Shown piece by piece: positions 55,568-64,000 of a DNA stretch of 64,000 bases. The stretch spans positions 105,524,001 to 105,588,000 of the forward strand of contig NC_043000.1 in the NCBI RefSeq assembly GCF_006345805.1. The letters run 5' to 3'. The notes under the pieces are model-generated. The model was not told the DNA's origin. It saw nothing but the letters and a program-made list of their open reading frames with translations, and did no database searches. The translations under genes were made by a program, and so were the position numbers. The stretch is from Octopus sinensis (Eukaryota). The first letter of the stretch is position 1. Every line of letters starts with the position of its first letter.

Positions 55568-56839
55568 CTGCAAAATAAGAAACAATCATTATATTTAAGC
55601 CAGCTATACATACAATAACAGAAACAAAATATGTAATAAATAAAAATTAGAATCCAAAGATATTAGTGATTGTTTGAACTGGAAAAAATCCTTTCAAATT
55701 TGCAAATGATAACATCATCAACATTTAACGTCTGTTTTCCATCCTGACATGGGTTGGACAGTTTAACTGAAAACTGATAAGCTGGGGAGCTGCACAAGGT
55801 TCCAATTTGATTTGACATGATTTCTACAGGAGGATGCCATCCTAATGCCAACCACTCCAAGAGTATAGTGAATGTTTTTTTTTTTTACCTCCTACAAAAC
55901 ACTGCTTGAAATTTCAGTTCAGTCATCTTCCTACAACATGTAAGCTTATCTAAATTAACAAACTTTAAAAAAATATTAATTTCTCTTTCAACTGAAAAAC
56001 TTTCACGAAGCTGCAAGTAGATTTTTGTTGTGTAACTCAAGTAAGCTCTGAGGAAGCTGACCAAACGCTATAAAAATAGAATAATTAAGTGTAATCCACA
56101 GTCCCACTAGGTGACTATTACACTACACATCTGACTTTCAGTTGATAAAATGACACCAGTACTGGTGTCAATTTCAGTCACTCTACCTAAAGAATGTGCA
56201 GCTTTGTGCAGCATTACCTTCATTATTATTTGGCTGAATCTTTAAGAGTATGGCTAGAAATGCCTTACAATATTTAGTCAAGACTATGTTCTGTGTTCAC
56301 ATTCCATCAGTCAACTTTGCTTTTCATTTCCTCAGGGACTAATACAATAAAACTACCAGTAAAGTACAGGGGTCAGTGGTATCAACAAACCCCTTGCATC
56401 AAAACTGCTGGCCAATTATCTGTATATATAAGAGGCAGGATGTGTGTGTGTGTGTGTGTGTACGTGAATGTAATTTTGCACATCCACAAATTAGCACGCA
56501 TGTCGCTCCAATTTTAGGAGGACATTTGTCACGACCATAGCTGTATTTTCGTCAAATTATTTTCCCAGAGGTACCTGCGGATAGCAGTAGAAATCGATTT
56601 TCAACCGTAACTTTTACCAATTTTGAAGTTTGGTAACATGAGTTAAGTCCCTTCTTACCATAGTGAAGTGAAAATGTGTGTGTGAGAGAGAGAAGTTGTG
56701 TTGATGCGTGTGTGAGTGAGGGAGAGAGAAAGTGACAACGTTCACCAAAATTAAAATGTGTTTTTTTTCTTAAACACAAGATATAGTATTCAAATTTAGG
56801 ATGTTTTTGAAAGACACTATATTTTATAATCAAATTATA

Positions 56840-57732
56840 CAGACATCAATTGGCTCAGTGAAAGAACCATCCTGGCTCCCAAAAACGTAGCTGTCAGTGC
56901 AATCAATGACCAGCTTATAAGCCAAATTCTGGGTGAGGAGCACATCTACAAATCAATTGACCGGACCTCTGACCCCTAAGACATTGTCAATTACCCTATC
57001 GAGTTTCTCAATTTATTGGAACCAGCAAGACTTCCACCTCACATTCTTAAGCTATGGGTTGGATACCCAATTATGCTAATCAGAAACTTGCTTCTGCCTA
57101 AACAGTGCAATGGGACCCGCTTAGTAATCAAGTCCCTGGTGCCCCACTTGATTGAGGCCACCATTGTTACAGGGTGCAGGAGGGGTGAAAATGTTTTCAT
57201 TTCAAGGATGCAGCTTTATCCCTCCGGGTCAGACATGCCGCTTAACTTCCACAGGTCGCAGTGAGACCATGCTTAGCCATGTCCAGCAACAAATCTCAAG
57301 GCCAAACACTATCGGTGGCAGGCATCCATTTGGGGTTTTCCATTCAATCAGGATAAAAAATTGATAAACCGATTCCTTATGGGGATTTCCCACTAAAATT
57401 GGCTACACCCCATTTTCAGCCATAACTTATACCAATTTTGACATATTTTGCTCAAATTTGATGCCAGCATTACTTAAAACTCATGGGATCTTTGAATGCT
57501 TTAAGTTCTCATTAAAAAAAAAAAATCGATGAGTAGAAATAATCAATAAACCGATTCCTTATGGGGTTTCCCAATCAAATTGCCTGCAACCCATTTTCAG
57601 CCAAACGTTTACCAATTTCAACAGATTTCACTCAAATTTGATGTTGGTGTCACTTATTTTGGTTTGAAATAAAGCACTTGATCACTAAATAACCCTAACT
57701 TAATCCCAGGCAACGCCGGGCTATACTGCTAG
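56840..57732 (+). mobile_element. Helitron: PIF1-like helicase fragment, internal direct repeat and 3' terminus
   Basis: WLSERTILAPKN, YPIEFLN, LPPHILKLWVGYPIMLIRNL...CNGTRLVIK, AMSxNKSQGQTL-like motif; ends GGCAACGCCGGGCTATACTGCTAG followed by T. Confidence 0.9.
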
Positions 57733-57739
57733 TTATTAT

Positions 57740-59745
57740 TATTAAGGCAGCAAGCTGGTAGAATCATTCTGACTTCAAATTCCGAGGTCAACTTTGCCTT
57801 TCATCCTTTTGGAGTCAATAAAGTACCAGTTGCATACTGGAGTCAATTTAATCAACTGGCTCCCTCCCACAAAATTTCAGGCCTTGTGCCTATAGTACAA
57901 AGGATTATTAGTTTCAAATTTTGGCATGAGGTCAGTTATTTTATGTGAGAGACCCAGTGCTCCACTGGTACTTTATTGAAATAAGTACCAGTTCATCAAA
58001 AAAATGAAAAGCAAAGTCGACTTCGGTGGGATTTGAACTCAGAATGGAAAACATGGATGAAATGCCAAAAAACCATCCTGCACGCTCTCATTCAGTGTCC
58101 AAGCATTGCTGATTCATGAGGTTAAGCCAAACAGCTGCTGTCAAGTGTGGGATGGATCCATCTGCCAGTTGAGTCTGTAGTGATGATCGTACCACCACCC
58201 TCCTTCAATCAGGCAGGCAAGGCAGTTTTCCTTTGCCTGGTAACTGTAGCCGAAGAAGTTGTTTAGTGGACAAGACTGAAAGGCATGAGGACAGAGATAT
58301 TCCTCTTTGGTAGGGCTCTCACGGACTTCTTCAAGTTGTGAGTGGAGAGGGAAGTGCTGTCCTTGAGTGAGTTTATTGACAGGAAGATGAAAGTTGCAAA
58401 AATGGCAAGAGTGGATGGTATTTCTCTAAGTGTAGACCAGTGAGCAGGAGAAAAGGAATTGGAGAGGGCACTTGTTTTTGTGATATCAGGGATATCTTGG
58501 ATAATGGGTTCCTTGATTATCCCAAGAGGCCTTCCTGTATCAGGAAGGCCACATGTCTATCATCCTCCCTACCACTTTTTTTTCTTAACCTTTGTATGCT
58601 ATGCATATGTCCCTTCGTTTTCAGTATATACTGTGTATACTTAATTTCTTTCCTTTTTTTAATCATTTCATTATGTGTAAACCCTCACACTTTGTCTTTG
58701 TATTGTCTCCCTCATCCTTCACCCTTGTGGCAAATAAATGAAATCATCATTAATATTATTGTTATCATCATTATTATTATTATTACTATTATTAAGGCGG
58801 CAAACTGGCAGAATTCTTAGCACACCAGGCAAAATGCTTGGCAGTTTTTCACCTGTCACTACATAATGAGTTCAAATTCTGCCAAGGTTGACATTGCCTT
58901 TCATTCTTTCAAAGTCAATAAATTAAGTACCAGTGAAACACTAGGGTCGATGTAATTAACTAGTTTCCTCCCTCAAAATTTCAGACCTTGTGCCTTCAGT
59001 AGAAAGGATTATTATATTATTATTATTGAGTGAGTGAGAGAGAGCAATGCATGCCAAAGTGGCACTGGGATACAAATATACAAAGCCCATCGTGACTACT
59101 AATCTGATAAGGATACACAAAACATACATTACAACTATGTGCATGGTATGGTGATCTCATATCAAGATAAACAGCATATGACCTTTTATACCAAGACAAA
59201 CATGTACATTATAACACTTCCAATCAGTTAAGATCAGAAGCTATGAGAGCCAGTGCCTGGTATTGCATCAGGGCATATTATTATTATTATTATTTATGAG
59301 GGGTGGCAAGCTGACAGAATCATTAGCATGCCAGGTGAAATGCTTAGCAGTATTTAGCCCATCGCTATGTTCTGAGTTCAAATTCCACTAAAGTCAACCT
59401 TGCCTTTAATCCTTTCAGGGTCAACAAATTAAGTACTAGTGAAACACTGAGGTTGATGTAATCAACTCGTCCCCACCCCCAAAATTTTAGACCTTGCGTC
59501 TATATTAGAAAGGATTATTATTATTTTTATTATTATTAAGGTGGAGGCAGTGATACAGCAGAACCATTAGCATGCTGGACAATGAGCTTTGCTGCATTTC
59601 TTCTGGCTTTACATTCTGAGTTCAAAAAGATGAAAGGTAAAGTTGGCCTTGGCAGAATTTGAAGTTGATAAAATACTAGTTGAGCACTGGGGTCAATGCC
59701 ATCAGTTTGGACCCTACCAAAAGATTCAAGTTTTGTGTCAATAGC
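57740..59745. mobile_element. Cluster of at least five SINE family A copies in ATT tracts (mixed orientation)
   Basis: Plus copies at ~57745-57910, 58795-59025, 59298-59520 and 59537-59745; minus copy at ~57915-58070. Confidence 0.85.
58072..58745 (+). mobile_element. Old Tx1-family 3' fragment (CCHC end of ORF2 plus 3' UTR)
   Basis: TILHALIQCP and similarity to 22760-23150; tail ends CCCTTGTGGCAAATAAATGAAA. Confidence 0.75.
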
Positions 59746-59746
59746 A

Positions 59747-59881
59747 CAATGGTTCCCAACCTTTTCACAGTGGCTCCCAATCCTTTTATTTAAATAAATT
59801 TTCCTATGGACCCCTTCTAATAGGCTTATCTTACCTTTGCGGACTACCAGGAGTTTGCGGACCCCAAGTTGGGAACCACTA
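59747..59881. mobile_element. hAT-type MITE
   Basis: TIRs CAATGGTTCCCAAC / GTTGGGAACCACTA; the 8-bp TSD is not preserved. Confidence 0.6.
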
Positions 59882-60779
59882 CTATAATGGAAAGAATTTT
59901 TATTTTCTCCCATGCATATGCAGGGCTTATATGGCTGATAATTGGCTTCAGCTTACGTAAGTATGAAGCTGAGGCAAATTTGTTTCTGGTCTTGATATCA
60001 GTCTCCTGCAAATATCTTTCCCTTTGAGAAGGACTGAACTACAAGCCAACATATAGCCGATTAATTTCACAGAAATTCATTTATTACTGCTCTCAGCAAT
60101 AAATTATACAAAACATTGTGATTAGCCCAGACAAACACAAAATAATAGCAGTACCATAAATGCTCTATTTAACACTGCCATAGACAAGAAGTGAGAGAAA
60201 AATAGTGCTGATATATTAATTGCAAATCTTTATATATATAAAACTGAGAATGTGTGTCTGTCTGTCTGTGTTTCCCTAAAACTTGAGAACTACACAACCA
60301 ATTTCATTCAAATTTTACACATGCCTTACTTAGGGTCCATGTAGTTTCATGGGCAAAAAAATGTTCAACTTCTTGCCTAGAGCGAGCCCATAGCAATATC
60401 ATATCTTCTCCACTATTTCAGTATTACATGTTAAAAGTGAAACAAAAACGTTTCTCTATTTTATGTCAGATACTTTCACTTAAACAATAAAAATAATAAT
60501 AACAATTGAATTATATGTAGTAAGTAATAATTAAAATCAAACTAAAGTATAATATAATCATAACATAACAAAAGTAAAAATAGCAATTGGTATAAAATTG
60601 CATCAATGACTTGAACTTGAATAAGTGGTTTCACGTGAATGGGAATAAATTAAAAATAAAATTAGCGTGCAGAAATGGAATAGTCCAGATGGATAATAAA
60701 AAATTAAATTAAAGAAAAGACTATTGTCTATAAAGTATACAATGTAGAGAAAAAAGAAGATTTGAACACATGGAGGAAA

Positions 60780-61977
60780 TCTACCCACGTGTGTTGTGAG
60801 TTCTTTTGTATGTGAAAATTGGAGGAAAAAAACTGTTAAAAATTGTCAAAAAATTGAATCGCGCGAGGCGTTTGCCGCTACGTGTTTGAACCTTTTATAG
60901 AAGGTGTGTCGACCCTCAAGTCATGGAGACTTACGCGGGGGTCGCCACAACAAAAAGTGACGAGTCTCTTAGAATAAAAGAAGTGTTCTTTAGAAAAGAA
61001 CAATTGAAGGAATACGAGAAGTTCGTCAAAAGGGAGGGTGACAGCGTGAACTGGTCCCGCCTGTGGAAACAATAGAAGAGAAAAATAACAAGACGATAAC
61101 GTATAGAACGCAAGATAGAAACACGAGAAAACTGGTGAGAGTGACGATTGAAGAAATAGAGAAATGTCTGGGGGACATCATGAAAAAAGCGACTTTTGTA
61201 GACAGAGGAAAGAAATATGGTACGGTGGAGGTGAGATGCGCAACAAAGGAAGTGGCGGCACAGGGTAGAGAGACGGCAGACAAAGAGCCAAAAAGACAAG
61301 AGAAGGAAAAAGAAAGAAGAGAAAGCAAAAAGAGAGAAAGAGAGAAACCGAGGGAGGAGAAAAAAGAGGAAGTAAGTCCTAAGAGGAAAACTAGAGAAAA
61401 CGTAGGTACGAATAGAAAATTCAAATACTATGGAACATTGATCCATCACAGGCACTGTGAGGAGATGGAAGATTTAATAAACGTAACAAACGGATATACG
61501 TGGGTCAGGATGGGCACCGAATGGAAAGAAACAGGTGCACTCGTCCACGAGAACGACGCCGAGGCGTTCATCGAGGCAGCTGGCAAGAACGTGTCAAAAC
61601 ATATGAAATGCCGACTTACAAGGTGGCCTCGAACGATGGAAGTTTACTCGGATTTGGTAGACATAATGGAGTATATATAAAAGAAAAGGTATTGTGAAAA
61701 CTTTAATTTGGAAATGATAAAAAGAACTTTAAATTCTGAAAAAAAAAAAAAGAAATGTTGAACTTTGTAAAACTTTTGAAATGTATGTTGAAAATGTATA
61801 AAATGTTTTATTTGGAAAATATTGTTGACGAATAAAAAACAAATGACGAAATGTAACCGCTCGATTTCGGGGATCGAGTGGGCATTACACCACATTGTAC
61901 AAACTTCATAATTCATTATTCATTTTCCCGATTGTATTGTCCCATCTATGTAGCCCCTAGTGGGTAATAATAAAACA
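60780..61977 (+). mobile_element. ORF1-only non-autonomous retrotransposon (HAL1-like) with 12-bp TSD ACATGGAGGAAA
   Basis: Identical 12-mers at 60768-60779 and 61978-61989; CpG-rich 5' leader; single ORF; Tx1-like 3' tail; no RT or endonuclease motifs. Confidence 0.7.
60923..61680 (+). pseudogene. ~250-aa ORF1-like protein split by one frameshift near 61065
   Basis: ATG at 60923 gives 50 aa (METYAGVATTKSDESLRIKEVFF...NWSRLWKQ*). The overlapping ORF 61063-61680 continues ETIEEKNNKTITY...GRKYG-like RGKKYGTVEVRC, then a K/E/R-rich linker and a globular C-terminus. Confidence 0.6.
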
Positions 61978-62686
61978 ACATGGAGGAAAGCCCCTTCCAA
62001 AAGTGTCTTGGTGCGACTATGAAAGGTATCTAATCAGAGGCAGTAATTTCACCACAATAGAAGCAAGGCTCGAGTCAACGGAGCGTACAAGGGAGTACTT
62101 GACTTGAACTTGCAAAGTGGAAATATTTTATTTTTACCTTTATATCTGTGACATAGGATGTCCCGGGGAAAATTTTTAATCCCCCTCCCCCCCGGTAGAG
62201 GCAGGCTGGATTGTAGCCACATTTCTATACAAGAGGGAGGACAAGATACAATTGATCAAAATTACAAGAGACGGGCTAACAATTCCAGTCTGTTATATAT
62301 GTTGAGTATTGTAATTGCTAGCGATATCAAGATATAACTTTGTATTTTGTATTTTATGTGTAGATGTATATATATAGATGTACATGTAATATGTACACAT
62401 ATATACATGCACTAGCACTATGACCTGGCAACGACGGGTCTTTAATGCTAGTAACTTCTAAAGGATATTCTTTTGAGTGAACAGTAAACATTTATCTGTA
62501 AACAATGATTTTCGATTCTTTGCTTCAATCCATGCAATCAAGATTTTAATAAAGCGAAACCTGACAGTAATCTCAAATGCAAAGCTTCTTACTTAATTAG
62601 AGTGCCAAAAAATTTGAAAATATCAAGTTGTTAGCCAAAGCAAAGCAAAGGTGGCCACATGGTGGAGGTTAAAACAAAAATATTAC

Positions 62687-62821
62687 CTTTTGGTCGAGTT
62701 GAACCACGCGTTGAACGTTTCACTGGTTCGGCAGGCAATTCCTCCTTATGTTCAGCTGTGGATGAGGCAGCAGCATCAGACAGCTTATTGCGCACTTTCA
62801 CAGGAGAACGATCACGAACAC
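62687..62821 (-). CDS. Penultimate coding exon (135 bp, phase 1-1) of the unidentified host gene: GVRDRSPVKVRNKLSDAAASSTAEHKEELPAEPVKRSTRGSTRPK
   Basis: Acceptor GATGTTTTCTGCAG then G at 62821; donor AAAG then GTAATA at 62686; open frame, GC elevated over flanks, in frame with the exon at 55567. Confidence 0.8.
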
Positions 62822-64000
62822 CTGCAGAAAACATCAACAATTTAATTAGGTCACCTAAGCTGTGGAGTTAGTCAGCTAGTGATACAGGTAATTTAAGAGA
62901 TGGTGATAGGAGATAGAGAAAATTATTCAACACTAAGAACATTTTTATTCCAACAAATAGCACACAAACAGTAAATTTTAGTACTAGAAAAAGCGAAACT
63001 TCCCAGTAAATTTTAATTTTTCTTATAATATGGCAACAGTGTAGAATAGAAAAATGTATTTACATATAGGCACAACCATGGCTGTATGTTTATGAGGTTG
63101 GCTTTGTAACTATGTGGTTTCAGAGTTGATCCCATTGGGTGGCATCTTCCACTATAGCCTTGGGTTGATCAATTTCTTTTGATCAAATTTTGGAAGACAG
63201 AAACAACATGAAAACCCATTTTGCTTGGTTGTAGGGTTATATTTATCAGTCCCATAACTCTGTGGCTTGACAAACCAAGTGTGTAACAAACTAAAATATA
63301 GTACTGAATTTGATATGATAAATTAAGCCAGTAAATGTATTTTTCAAACATGGCTCCAATTCAATGACTGATATATTCTGCCCTTCCATACAAATCGCCA
63401 TCATTATTATTTGTGCTGTCAATTTACATGTGTTAATCAGTACTTCTTTTATCTTTCTTTTTATGTTTATATGTTTTGTTAAATGTATGTAAAACATAAT
63501 ACACCAATTAGAGTTATATCTACATTCTAGGCCTTCAATAAAAACATCAGAAATTAGTCTTTAAAAAATACAATTCTATAGAAGAAGGTAATATATTGAC
63601 TGAATATATATTTTAGCAAGAAACACAAAAGACGAGAATAATAATTTGTTCAATACAGACTAATAGCATAGAAATTAGAAGTATGCAGATGTAGCATGCT
63701 TACTTTTTAGAAGTAACCTATTTGGAAATGTAAACATGTGCGAAAATGAAGATTTTATAGAAAGCAGAGGATTCTGCTTGCCACAGATTTAAGTTAGATT
63801 TTCACATCAATACAATTCTCATTATTTATTCACAAGGTAGGCCCAGTGAACCAGGTCCACAATTTTCAAGTGCAGCTGTTACACTTCACTAACACCATTG
63901 CTAAAGTCTTCAATGCTATAATGTGGCATTCCCTCAACCCAAAAAACTACAAACATAAACACTGGAGTGTTTCCAACAAATCAACTTCATGTCTCAGTGT

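Larger units (their letters stand above)
60227..62451 (+). mobile_element. Non-autonomous Helitron carrying a nested retroelement
   Basis: 5' A followed by TCTTTATATATATAAAA...GTGTGTCTGTCTGTC; 3' GACCTGGCAACGACGGGTCTTTAATGCTAG followed by T. Ends resemble those of 19686-20059 and 57732. That the two ends belong to one element is inferred. Confidence 0.65.

Noticed and set aside
60931-61455. Minus-strand F/L/S-rich ORFs (174 aa and 132 aa) resembling membrane proteins
   Set aside because: Antisense shadow of the purine-rich K/E/R-coding plus-strand ORF.

Overview
AT-rich, microsatellite-saturated animal genomic DNA. The SINE families, LINE clades and repeat density look like an octopus or another coleoid cephalopod; this is inference, not a database result. 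The only host gene I can support is on the minus strand: its last two coding exons (62687-62821 and 55512-55567) join in phase through a canonical GT-AG intron. Below them lies a probable multi-kb 3' UTR. Almost everything else is decayed mobile DNA: CR1/L2-like, RTE, Tx1/L1, Dong/R4 and HERO-type LINEs, Penelope-like elements, Helitrons, mariner, Tigger, hAT and long-TIR DNA transposons, and many tRNA-derived SINEs. Highlights: (1) a 1.2 kb ORF1-only (HAL1-like) retroelement with a 12-bp TSD, nested in a Helitron inside the host intron; (2) a 3' tail shared by that element, a Tx1 LINE and one SINE subfamily, suggesting a LINE/half-LINE/SINE mobilisation network with SINE tail swapping; (3) a Tx1 LINE inserted in a (TCTA)n tract; (4) a tail-to-head HERO tandem; (5) inverted SINE pairs and hairpins that could form dsRNA. 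All alignments and translations outside the supplied ORF track were done by eye, and TE boundaries are approximate unless a TIR, TSD or terminal motif is quoted.
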